From positions 2,474,936 to 2,538,935 of the forward strand of contig CBDCNM010000002.1 of assembly GCA_965219385.1 (NCBI GenBank): a stretch of DNA of 64,000 bases, given 5' to 3'. Positions 1 to 9,750 of this stretch are shown here, one piece after another. The DNA is from Candidatus Latescibacterota bacterium. Its GTDB lineage: Bacteria; Latescibacterota; UBA2968; UBA8231. The position numbers were made by a program, and so were the translations under genes. A model generated the notes under the pieces. It did not search any database. It was not told the origin of the DNA and was given only the letters and a program-made list of their open reading frames with translations. Positions within the stretch are counted from its first letter, which is position 1. Every line of letters starts with the position of its first letter.

Positions 1-636
1 TCTTTCGATTCTACCATAAAAATAGGCACCGGCCCCTACCGCGACGGCTACACCCGCACCGGCGTGATCGAACAGGCAGACGGCCGCCTGGCCTACGCCG
101 TCACCGAGCACCACCCGCCGACCAGCCAGAACACCTACATCCTCTTCTCCTCCACCGGGGGCCGCACCTGGGAGGCCCCCGTGTCCGTGTGCGCGGTCCC
201 GGATGGCATTTTCGGCGAACCCGATATCGCCGAAGTCGCCCCCGGCGAACTCTTCTGCATACTGCGGGAAAGCATGCACAGCGGCTACCTCCACAGCTGT
301 CGCTCGCTCGACAACGGGCAGACCTGGAGCCCGCCCGAGCAAACCCCGCTCTACGGCTGCCCCGGCCAGCTCCTCGTCCTGGCGGACGGCCGCCTTCTGT
401 GCACCTACGGACGGCGCCGGGCCCCCTTCGGCATTCGCGCCTGCCTCTCCGAGGACCGGGGCCGCACCTGGGAGATCGATCGGGAAATCATCCTCCGCGA
501 CGATATGCCCAACGGGGACCTGGGCTATCCGACCACCATCGAGTACCAGCCCGGCCGCCTCTTCTGCTGTTACTACGGCCAGGAAAGCGACGGCATCACC
601 TGTGTCCAGGGTACCTACTTAACCTTGCAACCGTAA
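1..636 (+). CDS. Sialidase/BNR-repeat family protein, 5'-partial
   Basis: Frame is open from position 1; Asp-box repeats (SSTGGRTW, SLDNGQTW, SEDRGRTW) and a C-terminal DLGYP motif. Confidence 0.8.
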   Translation, partial: SFDSTIKIGTGPYRDGYTRTGVIEQADGRLAYAVTEHHPPTSQNTYILFSSTGGRTWEAPVSVCAVPDGIFGEPDIAEVAPGELFCILRESMHSGYLHSCRSLDNGQTWSPPEQTPLYGCPGQLLVLADGRLLCTYGRRRAPFGIRACLSEDRGRTWEIDREIILRDDMPNGDLGYPTTIEYQPGRLFCCYYGQESDGITCVQGTYLTLQP

Positions 637-641
637 ACCCT

Positions 642-860
642 ATGTCGACCTTACCAGAGCCCGTGCACCCCCCATCCGAATTCGACCTAGACGCTGGTCT
701 GCGCCGGCTGGACTACCAGGCCTTTCGCCTCGGGCAGCGCGAGGCCATCCGAATCCTGCTCGAAGTGGGCCGCCTCTTGCTGGTCGCCCCGACCGGTGGC
801 GGCAAGAGCCTGACCTACCAGGTTCCCGCCGAGCTGCTCGCGGTCCCGGCCCGCACTTGA
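642..860 (+). pseudogene. N-terminal fragment (72 aa) of a RecQ-type helicase
   Basis: FRLGQREAI and APTGGGKSLTYQVPA (motifs 0/I), then an immediate stop. Confidence 0.7.
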
Positions 861-874
861 AAAGGAGGAAGACC

Positions 875-1882
875 TTGAACGACGCGCACAAACTCTACCA
901 GGAAGCCATTGTCATAGACGGCCTGAACGTGAGCAACTGGGACAGCCCGGCGGTGTACCAGAGCCTGAGCGCCGGCGGCGTCACCGCCCTCAACGCCACC
1001 AATGCCACCTGGGAGAACTACCAGGAAACCCTGGCCAATATACAGGCCTGGCTCTACCGTTTCGAGGAGCGCGGAGATACTCTGACGAAAATAGAGACTG
1101 TGCAGGACATCCTGCAGGCCAAGGAGGACGGCAAGGTGGGGATCATCCTGGGCTTCCAGAACGCCACCCCCATAGAAAACGACCTGGGGCACCTGGCCGT
1201 CTTCCACGCCCTGGGGGTGCGCATCATCCAGCTTACCTTCCACGAGCGCAATCTGCTGGGGGATGGGTGCTGGGAACGCGCCAACGCCGGCCTGAGCAAC
1301 TTCGGCCGCGACGCGGTGCGCGAGATGAACCGTCTGGGCATCCTGATCGATCTGTCCCACGTGGGCGAGCGTTCCACTCTGGAGGCCATAGAACACTCGG
1401 AAAAACCCGTGGCCGTCACCCACGCCAACTGCCGTTCCTACCACGATAATCCGCGCAACAAGACCGACGAGGCCGTGAAGCTGCTGGCGCAAAGAGGCGG
1501 CGTGGTCGGCGCCACGGCCATCGGCTCTTTCCTGCGCACCCAGTTCGACTCCAAACTGGAGGACTATATCGACGCCATAGACGATATGGTGGAGCGGATC
1601 GGCATCGAACACGTGGCCTTCGGCACCGACTTCACCCAGGACCAACCCACATCCTTCTGGCGTTACATCGGCTCGCAGCAGGGCACCAAGTACCCGTCTA
1701 CCTTTGCCAGGCAGGACATACGCTACGACCTGATCACCCTCTATCCCAAAGATCTCGAAACCCCCGACAAGTTGCCCAACCTGGCCCTCGCCCTAGACAA
1801 GCGCGGTTACAAACCAGAAGACATCGGCAAAATTCTGGGCGACAACTGGCTCCGCCTCTTCCGCGAAGTCTGGGCGGAATGA
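875..1882 (+). CDS. Membrane dipeptidase (peptidase M19 family)
   Basis: IDLSHVG, THANCR, PRNKTDE, FGTDF and ILGDNWLR motifs; AGGAGG RBS before TTG at 875. Confidence 0.85.
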   Translation: MNDAHKLYQEAIVIDGLNVSNWDSPAVYQSLSAGGVTALNATNATWENYQETLANIQAWLYRFEERGDTLTKIETVQDILQAKEDGKVGIILGFQNATPIENDLGHLAVFHALGVRIIQLTFHERNLLGDGCWERANAGLSNFGRDAVREMNRLGILIDLSHVGERSTLEAIEHSEKPVAVTHANCRSYHDNPRNKTDEAVKLLAQRGGVVGATAIGSFLRTQFDSKLEDYIDAIDDMVERIGIEHVAFGTDFTQDQPTSFWRYIGSQQGTKYPSTFARQDIRYDLITLYPKDLETPDKLPNLALALDKRGYKPEDIGKILGDNWLRLFREVWAE

Positions 1883-1973
1883 TCCAGCCCACCCACAATA
1901 CCAGGAATTCGGAGTTCGACCTGAAGACCGGTTTTGGGGCCAAATCCACCATCAAGGCATGGTTCCAAGGTTA

Positions 1974-3275
1974 TTATACTCGGCCTTCCTTCTGCAAAAT
2001 ATCCCCGGCAATGGCATAGGTCGTGCCGTGCATGGCGATCACCACCAGCCCCAGACCCGCCGCCAGGTATCCGCCCATATAGAGATTGGGGATATCCACG
2101 GACTCGTAGTTGTGCGGATGGGTGTGCACCTGGTGCACCTGGAAGCGGTAGTTGTCGTACTTCTCGTAGAGCTGCAGCGCCGGAAAACCTTCAAAGACCG
2201 AGTAGTCGGCGAGGCCCCCGATTTCCTTGACGACGTGATCCACCTCCAGAACTCGCTCAGTCCCTTTGTGCTCCACCGTCACCAGCCCACCCTCTTTCCC
2301 CTGCTCGATCTTGCGCACATGGGTCTGGTAGAGCGCTTCTATACCGGGAGGGCGGCGCTCCAGGATTTTCGCAATCCGGGCGTAGTAGGGTAGCCCGTAG
2401 CGGCTATCATTGATCAGCCACCAGTGGTGCTCCGAGGTCTGGCGCATGGCGTAATGGACCTGCTTACCGGCGTCGTGCAACTCGGTGGCGGCCCAGTCGG
2501 CCGAGCGCCCTCCGCCCACCACCAGAACCCGCTCACCCGGAAAATCCGCCGGGTTGTCGTAGGAGACGCTGACAAATTCCAGGTCTTCCCCCGGCACCTC
2601 CAGCCGCCGCAGGATACAACGCTGGCCCGCGGCGTAGACCAGGTACTTGCAGGTGTACTGATGCCTCGTCTGGGTGCCCACATCGACGCTGGTCAGCAAA
2701 AACCCCTTTTCGTGCGGCTCGATTCGCGTCACCTTTTCGCCGGTGTGGATCCGCTCCTCCTGCTCGAAGCGAAAAGGGACCCGGTGGTAGTAGTCCACCA
2801 GGTCGCGCTTGCCGATCAGGGCATTCACATCCAGCTCTATCCCCAGCTCCTGGACGTGCTGCGCCAGGGGATAAAAAGCGAACTCCATCCACTGGCCCGG
2901 CGAAAGGGTCAGCATGTTCTCGGGCACATTGTTCCACAGCCCGCCTACCTTTTCCTGGGTAATCAACAGATAATCCAGTGGTTCGTGGGGGCGAAACTCC
3001 ATGGCGATCTGCGCCAGTTCCTCAAACAACTGGCGCGAGTGGTGCAGCAGCCGGAACAGATCCACCGGGGGTAGATCGACTCGGACCAACTCCTTGAAAT
3101 CCAGGCCCAGGAGGGTCCCCTGGACTTGGCTCAAATAATCCGCCAGCGGTTTGTAGCGCTGACTGAACATCCGGCTGCCGCGATAGAAGGGATGCCACCC
3201 TCCCAGGACCACGGCCAGGGGCAGACCGGCCGGTCCTCCCCCCACGATAATCACGGTGCGATGCTCTGGCGCCAT
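1974..3275 (-). CDS. FAD/NAD(P)-dependent oxidoreductase, OSGIN-like
   Basis: Two Rossmann motifs (IVGGGPAG, VVGGGRSA) and GGLW...MLTLSPGQWM. Confidence 0.75.
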   Translation of the reverse strand: MAPEHRTVIIVGGGPAGLPLAVVLGGWHPFYRGSRMFSQRYKPLADYLSQVQGTLLGLDFKELVRVDLPPVDLFRLLHHSRQLFEELAQIAMEFRPHEPLDYLLITQEKVGGLWNNVPENMLTLSPGQWMEFAFYPLAQHVQELGIELDVNALIGKRDLVDYYHRVPFRFEQEERIHTGEKVTRIEPHEKGFLLTSVDVGTQTRHQYTCKYLVYAAGQRCILRRLEVPGEDLEFVSVSYDNPADFPGERVLVVGGGRSADWAATELHDAGKQVHYAMRQTSEHHWWLINDSRYGLPYYARIAKILERRPPGIEALYQTHVRKIEQGKEGGLVTVEHKGTERVLEVDHVVKEIGGLADYSVFEGFPALQLYEKYDNYRFQVHQVHTHPHNYESVDIPNLYMGGYLAAGLGLVVIAMHGTTYAIAGDILQKEGRV

Positions 3276-3288
3276 GCCTTAGGCCACT

Positions 3289-3308
3289 GGGAGTTTTAAG
3301 ACGGCTTC
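3289..3308. repeat. Right end of the small TIR element family (partial copy)
   Basis: GGGAGTTTTAAGACGGCTTC followed by TAA, matching the right ends at 22400-22419 and 24557-24576. Confidence 0.6.
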
Positions 3309-3312
3309 TAAG

Positions 3313-4759
3313 CTCGATTTTATCCAAACGCGCATGGCAGGAGGCCGGTATCCTCCGTACTGTTGATGGTATCCAAGCATCGACAGCCCAGGAGAAACCG
3401 ATGAGCCCCCTGCCGAAAGATATAATAACGATTTTGTCGCCCTTTGCCCCCCTTTTTTCGAGCCGCGTTTGGCCGCAGGCTCAGACGCTGTTGGTCGGGG
3501 CGCTGTTAGCCCTGGGTAAACGCACGGTCAGCGCCGTGTTGGAGGTGTTGGGCTTGAGCCAACAGCCTACCTTTCAAACCTACCACCGGATCCTCAACCG
3601 CTGTGTGTGGTCGCCCCTGGCCGGCAGTAAGCTACTCCTCCAGGCGTTGGTGGCCGCCTTTGCCCCCCACGGGCCCCTGGTCCTGGGCCTGGATGAGACC
3701 ATCGAGCGGCGCCGGGGCGCCCAGATTGGGGCCCGAGGCATCTACCGGGATCCCGTCCGCTCGAGTGGGCCCCACCTGGTCAAGGCTAGCGGCTTGCGCT
3801 GGCTGTCGTTGATGCTGGTAGCGCCTATCCCTTGGGCGGATCGAAGTTGGGCCTTACCCTTTATGAGTGTGCTGTGTCCGTCGGCCCGCTACTATACTCA
3901 GCGCCAGCGCACCCCCCTCACCCTGTTGCAACGGGGGCAGACTATGCTCAAGCTGGTAGCGCGCTGGCTGCCCACCCGCCGGCTGGTCGTGGTCGCCGAT
4001 AGCACCTTCTCCGCCTTGGCCTTTCTCGACGCGGTTCGGCCCCACGTGGGGCTGATTACCCGCTTGCGGTTGGATGCGGCCCTGTATGACCCACCACCAA
4101 CCCGCACGCCGCACACGCGGGGACGCCCCCGCGGCAAAGGCGCCCGGCAGCCCACCCTCCAGCAGCACCTGGACGATCCGACTACCCCTTGGCACCCCCT
4201 CACCCTGGACCGGTGGTATGCCGCCGGCCCCTATACAGTGGAAACCTACAGCCAAACGGCGCTGTGGTATCACACTGGCTTGCCCGCCGTGCCCCTCCGC
4301 TGGCTGCTGATCCGAGACCCGGCCGGCCGCTTCGCGCCCCAAGCCTTGCTCTCGACCGATGTGCGTCTGTCCCCTCGGCAAATGCTGACCTATTTTCTCC
4401 AACGCTGGTCGGTAGAAACTACCTTTGAGGAAGCCCGCGCCCATCTGGGCATGGAAACCCAACGCCAATGGAATGAGCGGGCCATTGCCCGGACCACGCC
4501 GGTCATCTTGGCCTTGTTTAGTCTGGTCGCCCTCATCGCCAATCGGCTGGCCCCCAAAAGCGCCTCCCCCTGCCATGCCACGGCCTGGTATGGCAAACGA
4601 AAACCCACCTTTTCCGATGCCGTGGCCTGGGTCCGACAACGGCTCTGGCAGGCTTTTTCCAACCTGCCCAACCAACACGACCTGATAAAAATCCCTCGAA
4701 GCCTACTCAACCGCTTGATACACACCGTCTCGTACGCTACATAAATGGATAAAGTCGAG
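3313..4759 (+). mobile_element. IS701-like insertion sequence
   Basis: IRs CTCGATTTTATCCA (3313-3326) and TGGATAAAGTCGAG (4746-4759); CTAAG on both flanks. Confidence 0.85.
3401..4744 (+). CDS. DDE transposase (IS701/IS4 superfamily)
   Basis: LGLDETIERR, VVADSTF and YFLQRWSVETTFEE catalytic segments; ORF intact. Confidence 0.9.
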   Translation: MSPLPKDIITILSPFAPLFSSRVWPQAQTLLVGALLALGKRTVSAVLEVLGLSQQPTFQTYHRILNRCVWSPLAGSKLLLQALVAAFAPHGPLVLGLDETIERRRGAQIGARGIYRDPVRSSGPHLVKASGLRWLSLMLVAPIPWADRSWALPFMSVLCPSARYYTQRQRTPLTLLQRGQTMLKLVARWLPTRRLVVVADSTFSALAFLDAVRPHVGLITRLRLDAALYDPPPTRTPHTRGRPRGKGARQPTLQQHLDDPTTPWHPLTLDRWYAAGPYTVETYSQTALWYHTGLPAVPLRWLLIRDPAGRFAPQALLSTDVRLSPRQMLTYFLQRWSVETTFEEARAHLGMETQRQWNERAIARTTPVILALFSLVALIANRLAPKSASPCHATAWYGKRKPTFSDAVAWVRQRLWQAFSNLPNQHDLIKIPRSLLNRLIHTVSYAT

Positions 4760-4763
4760 CTAA

Positions 4764-5668
4764 GAGTCTCTAACAAAACCTTGGAATCGCGTATAGGCTT
4801 CATTATATTCTTATCCTCTTCGGTATTGCTTCTACCGTCTTGATATGGAGGTGTTTTTGATGGCCAAGCCGTTACTCGACGATGGGTTATGGGCCTTGAT
4901 TGAACCGGTTTTGCCCCCCGTAACCGTTGGCCCCCAAGGGGGGCGGCCTCGGCTGGATAACCGTAGGGTGCTGACCGGCATTCTCTTTGTGCTCAAGACG
5001 GGTATCCCTTGGGAGTATTTGCCTCAAGAGATGGGGTGCGGTTCGGGGATGACCTGTTGGCGTCGCCTGCACGCTTGGCAACAAGCCGGGGTCTGGAAAA
5101 GAGTCCATCATATCCTGTTGAACCGACTGAGGGCCGCCGACCGGATTGATTGGTCTCGTGCGGTGGTCGATAGTGCCTCGGTGCGGGCGGTTGGGGGGGG
5201 GCGCACACCGGTCCCAATCCGACGGACCGCGGCAAACCCGGTAGCAAACACCATGTAATCACCGATGCCCAAGGGGTGCCGTTGGCGGCGGGGGTGACGG
5301 GGGCCCATCGGCATGATGTGACGCAGCTGTTGCCGTTGGTGGATCGCATACCCCCGGTGGCCGGTCGGGTCGGCCGCCCGCGTCGTCGGCCGGATCGGGT
5401 GCAAGGGGATCGGGCCTATGATTCGCAAGCCCATCGGCGCGCCTTGCGTAAGCGGGGCATCGGCTCGGTGTTGGCTCGGCGAGGGCAAGCCCACGGCAGC
5501 GGCTTGGGCGTCTATCGGTGGGTGGTGGAACGAACGTTGGCATGGTTGCACCAATTCCGTCGGCTTCGAGTCCGCTGGGAGCGACGAGGTGATCTCCATG
5601 AAGCCTTTCTCGACATCGGATGTATTCTCATCTGTTGGAAGTACCTCAAAGAGTTTTGTTAGGGCCTC
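4764..5668 (+). mobile_element. IS5-family insertion sequence
   Basis: IRs GAGTCTCTAACAAAAC and GTTTTGTTAGGGCCTC (14/16 match); TAA duplicated at 4761-4763 and 5669-5671. Confidence 0.85.
4860..5662 (+). CDS. IS5-family transposase in two ORFs joined by a probable -1 frameshift
   Basis: ORF A has GILFVLKTGIPW...TCWRR; ORF B has GDRAYDS and RWVVERTLAWL; G9 run at 5193-5201 and ORF B is -1 relative to ORF A. Confidence 0.85.
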
Positions 5669-6753
5669 TAAGGCAAAAACGCCTTTGAATCCGCCAGCTT
5701 CTCCGGCAGGTAAGTACTGATCACGTGATTGAGATGATGCACCGCAAAAGCTTGCTGCTCGGCGCGGTACCCGGACTTTTTGAGCTGTTCGAGCGCCTCC
5801 TGCCACTTCTTGTAATGCTGCACGAACGGATCGTTGCAAAGCGCGTCGTCGATCCGCTTGATATCCACCTCGCTCAATTTGTGCGTCGGCAGACCATAGG
5901 CCTCGATATCGTCGGGCGTCACCCCCAGGAACCGGGCCTTGGGCACGCAAAAAAACTCGTTGATATGCGCCGCATTCCCCGAACCGACTTTGAGGGTGCG
6001 GTAAATATTGCAAATGCCGTAAGGATCGCAGTCCACAAAGGCGTAGACCGGGATCTCGAGTTCGTCCGAGAGCCGGCGGATGAAGCGCCGCGTGGCCCGG
6101 GTGGGCACCCCGCCCATGGAGATGAGGATGCAGTTGGACTCCCTCCAGTAATTGTGTTTGACCAGGCGCTGGAACATGCCCGCGGTTTCGATTGCCAGCA
6201 CGAACCGGGCGTCCGACTCGAAGAGCAGATCCTCGACCGAGATGGGAATCGAATAAGCCCCGGATCCGAAGCGGGTGCAGTCAATGGCGATTTCCTCGCC
6301 GCTGTCGCGGTCGTGGTCCACCACCACCAGGTTGCCGGCCACCTCCCCGCCCTTTTCCTCGGGCACAAAGCCGAGCTGCTCGCGGTTCACCAGGAACAGG
6401 GCCTCCACGTCGTCCAGCACCGTGTCCGACTCGGCCTGATCGCCAAAGCCGACCTCCTCGCTCCAGCCCTTGGCCACGTAGTAGGCCTCGCGCTTGGTGG
6501 CGATATCGTCGGTTTCGATCAGGGTCTTGGAGAGCGCGATCATCTTGAGGGACTGGGCAAAGGTCTTCACGGTCGACACCGCCAGGGTGCGCTCCTTGGT
6601 CTTGCGGCCCATCTCGAAGAAGCCGGTCCGCGGATCGAATTTCACATTGCTCAGGTTGCGCAGCGGGAACCTCATGGAGGGCTTCTGCCGTTTCAGGATC
6701 TTGTCGCGGATGTCCCTGGCTTCCTTCTCGATTTGTTTGAGCAACTGGTTCAC
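5668..6753 (-). CDS. top6A: DNA topoisomerase VI subunit A
   Basis: TKREAYY (catalytic Tyr), TOPRIM segments AIET and FVDCDPYG, GGVPTRATRRFI; GTG start overlaps the top6B stop. Confidence 0.9.
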   Translation of the reverse strand: MNQLLKQIEKEARDIRDKILKRQKPSMRFPLRNLSNVKFDPRTGFFEMGRKTKERTLAVSTVKTFAQSLKMIALSKTLIETDDIATKREAYYVAKGWSEEVGFGDQAESDTVLDDVEALFLVNREQLGFVPEEKGGEVAGNLVVVDHDRDSGEEIAIDCTRFGSGAYSIPISVEDLLFESDARFVLAIETAGMFQRLVKHNYWRESNCILISMGGVPTRATRRFIRRLSDELEIPVYAFVDCDPYGICNIYRTLKVGSGNAAHINEFFCVPKARFLGVTPDDIEAYGLPTHKLSEVDIKRIDDALCNDPFVQHYKKWQEALEQLKKSGYRAEQQAFAVHHLNHVISTYLPEKLADSKAFLP

Positions 6754-8378
6754 GAGCGGCTCCTCTCCAGGATGGCCTGCAGGTCCTCCTCGACCTGCTC
6801 CTTTTTCTGGTCGCTGTCTCCGGTGATTTCCCGCAAGGCCTCGGCTATGTGCCCGATGTACCGCTGTATATAAGATTTTTTGCGCTCGGATTCGGCGGCG
6901 CGGCGCTGGCGGCTTATGTGTTCGGCCACCCGCCGACCGCACTCCTGCAAGGCCAGGCGGATTTCCTTCATGATCTCGGGATAGTGGGCGATGGCCTCCT
7001 TGCTCTCCGAGGTAAAGGGCACCCACACCGAGGCCAGGTGGACCACGATGGCCAGCGGCCCGGTGGGCAAGGCGCCATTGCTCTGGCTGACGCGGTAGTT
7101 GCGCCAGTCAGTGTCGATCAAGGTCCGGGTGATGGCGCAGGCAGACTGCTGGTAGAGCAGGGGCACCCGGTTGGCAAACCGCATCAGGGCAACCGAACCT
7201 TCCGGCTCGATATCCCCCCCATGCGCCACGGCCACCTCGACCTGAAACGGATTGCCGCGGTACACCGCCGGAGGCCGGGTTGCCGAGGTGTAAAACGCCG
7301 CACTGACGCTTTGCTGCAGGCTGCTCAACAGCAGACCTTCGCCGATCGGCACGATGCAGTCCGTGGGCGGCTTCACCAGCTTGGTCCGGTCTATCGCCTT
7401 GAAGAGCCGGTCGCTCTCCGCGCGGGCGATATTCCGGGGGCGGGCATTGGCCCTCAAATCGGCCTTTTCGCAGATCTCCTTGGCCATCCGCACCGAGACC
7501 CGGGAGAACTCCCGGGTCAAAAATCCCTGCAGGGTCCGGTGCTGGGTGGCCTGCAGCATCTTCATCAATACCCCCAGTTCGATACCGTGCGGATGGGGTT
7601 TGACTTCGGTCGGCTCGGGCGGCAGCTCGGAGGTGGTGTTTTCGTACACCGTCTCGCTGCCGTCCGGTGCGGTATAGATCAGCTGGAGGTGCGGATTGGC
7701 CAGGGCGGTCTGCCGCAGGTACTCGTCGACCGACTGGCGCCCTCGCAAATAGCGCGCCTCCAACTCGATCTCCACCGCCGTCCCCCGGTCGCTTTCCCAA
7801 TCCTCGACATCCTCCTCGCGCACGATCTCGGGTTTGTTCCGGGTGGTATTGATCTGGATTTCGTAGAGGTGAGCCGGCCGCCTTGGACTGGTCCGGGAGA
7901 TAATCCGGGTAGGTTTGCCCGTGGTCAACTGGCCGTACATGCTGGCCGCGGAAATGCCGATGCCCTGCTGGCCGCGCGACATCTTGAGCCGGTGGAACTT
8001 GGAGCCGTAGAGCAGCTTGCCGAAGATGTTGGGGATCTGGCTCTTGACAATGCCCGGCCCATTGTCCTCCACCCGGATGATGTAGCGATCCTCTGAAATC
8101 TGCCGGATAAGGACCTCGATCTCCGGCAGAATGCCCGCCTCTTCGCAGGCATCCAGGCTGTTGTCCACCGCTTCCTTGATCCCGGTGAGCAGGGCCCGGC
8201 GCGGGTTGTCGAACCCCAGCAGGTGGCGGTTGCGGCTGAAAAACTCGGAGACCGAGATCTCGCGTTGCTGGGTGGCCATGGTCTGGGCCGTGACCCGGCC
8301 GTTCCCCAAGGTTTTGGCGCGGGCCGATTCGGACCTGGGAAGCAGGTCCACCCGGGCGGAATTCACTTGTTCGCTCAT
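6750..8378 (-). CDS. top6B: DNA topoisomerase VI subunit B
   Basis: EISVSEFF, KEAVDNSLDACEE, EDNGPGI, SRGQQGIGIS (GHKL), RFANRVPLLY, VPFTSESKEAIA. Confidence 0.93.
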   Translation of the reverse strand: MSEQVNSARVDLLPRSESARAKTLGNGRVTAQTMATQQREISVSEFFSRNRHLLGFDNPRRALLTGIKEAVDNSLDACEEAGILPEIEVLIRQISEDRYIIRVEDNGPGIVKSQIPNIFGKLLYGSKFHRLKMSRGQQGIGISAASMYGQLTTGKPTRIISRTSPRRPAHLYEIQINTTRNKPEIVREEDVEDWESDRGTAVEIELEARYLRGRQSVDEYLRQTALANPHLQLIYTAPDGSETVYENTTSELPPEPTEVKPHPHGIELGVLMKMLQATQHRTLQGFLTREFSRVSVRMAKEICEKADLRANARPRNIARAESDRLFKAIDRTKLVKPPTDCIVPIGEGLLLSSLQQSVSAAFYTSATRPPAVYRGNPFQVEVAVAHGGDIEPEGSVALMRFANRVPLLYQQSACAITRTLIDTDWRNYRVSQSNGALPTGPLAIVVHLASVWVPFTSESKEAIAHYPEIMKEIRLALQECGRRVAEHISRQRRAAESERKKSYIQRYIGHIAEALREITGDSDQKKEQVEEDLQAILERSRS

Positions 8379-8620
8379 GGGTTTTCCTCAGAGTAAGTGC
8401 AGCTAAGTATACCCTTACAACATGCGGAAATGCTGGACGGACAACGGTGAAAAAAATTAAACACAAATACAGAGGGGGAGAAGGAAATGAGGTGTAGAAT
8501 ACTTAAAATTTAGCCATAATAAAGATGCGCTGTCAACAGAGAAGTTTACTTGATCGCGCCAGTGGGGTATGTTAGAATATATCCTAACCATTCTGCTCTG
8601 CGCAACCAGGACCCGAAAGC

Positions 8621-9742
8621 ATGAGGCTCAAAGGCCTTGGAGCCAATATCGCCCTATTGCTGGCCAGCGTGTTGTTCTGCGCTCTTGCGAGCGAAACTCT
8701 GTTCTACTTCCTGAACAAATCCGCACAGGCTTATCCCGTCGTCTTTTACAAGACGGAAGATCCCGGCATCAAACTGTGGTGTTACGACGACCACTTCTCC
8801 GGAAACCCCGACTGGGATCTGCGCCGCGACCATCCCTTCGCCAACCTGGAATACGCCGGCAACACAGACGATGATCCCGCCTTCGAGGGGCTGTCGCCTC
8901 GCAAGGTCCCCAATGCAATCCAGGTCCGCAGAAACCAGCATGGCTTTCGCGAGCGCCCGCTTGCCGACCTGGAAGCAAAGAGCGAAAATTCGCAGGTGGT
9001 GTTGCTGGTTGGAGACTCGTTTTGTTTCGGCCAAGGCGTCCGGCTCGAAGAGCGTTTCTCCAATGTCCTGGAAGCAAAACTCAATGCCGACCAGGGAGCG
9101 TCCGCGCAGCAGAAATACCTGCTGCTCAACCACTGCGTTGCGGGCATAAACATCCGCAAAATTGCCAGAGTGATGGAGAAATCCCTGGAGGAATTTCCCC
9201 AGGTGCGACAGGTGGTTTATTCTTTTACCCTGAACGATCCCGTCATGGCCAGGGAAGTATATCAGAGGCAGAAGTACATCAACGACTTCCTGCACCTGCG
9301 CCAGAGCCACTTCTCCGAACATTTTGGTTCGATAACCCGGCTACCCAGCCTTACTCTTCGCTGGATCACCGGAAGGATCGCGTTAAACCAGGTGTCCAGA
9401 GAAACAATCGCCTGGTACAAACAGATGTACAGCGACAACTCGGGATGGCGGCTCACCCAAAAGGTCCTCCACGGCATGCACAGGTTCTGCGCTCAAAGAG
9501 GCATCGATTTTACTTTGCTGGTATTTCCCATATACTATCGCCTCGCAGACTACCCCCTCGAGGAGGTCCACACCACCCTGGCCCGATTCGCCCACCGGAG
9601 TGGCATGCACCATGTCGATCTTTTGGACCTCTTCGCCGGCAAAAACGAGCTGGACTACTGGGTCCACCCCAGGGATTTTCACCCCAACAACCGCGCTCAT
9701 CGAGAAGTCGCGGAATTCTTGTATTCGGCCATTCCCTGGTAG
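8621..9742 (+). CDS. SGNH/GDSL-like hydrolase with N-terminal membrane anchor
   Basis: VGDSFCFGQG and DFHPN motifs; N-terminal hydrophobic helix. Confidence 0.75.
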   Translation: MRLKGLGANIALLLASVLFCALASETLFYFLNKSAQAYPVVFYKTEDPGIKLWCYDDHFSGNPDWDLRRDHPFANLEYAGNTDDDPAFEGLSPRKVPNAIQVRRNQHGFRERPLADLEAKSENSQVVLLVGDSFCFGQGVRLEERFSNVLEAKLNADQGASAQQKYLLLNHCVAGINIRKIARVMEKSLEEFPQVRQVVYSFTLNDPVMAREVYQRQKYINDFLHLRQSHFSEHFGSITRLPSLTLRWITGRIALNQVSRETIAWYKQMYSDNSGWRLTQKVLHGMHRFCAQRGIDFTLLVFPIYYRLADYPLEEVHTTLARFAHRSGMHHVDLLDLFAGKNELDYWVHPRDFHPNNRAHREVAEFLYSAIPW

Positions 9743-9750
9743 ATGAGGCT

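Noticed and set aside
6754..7026. Long N-terminal extension of Top6A in the ORF track
   Set aside because: It overlaps top6B; the GTG at 6753 coupled to the top6B stop is the more plausible start
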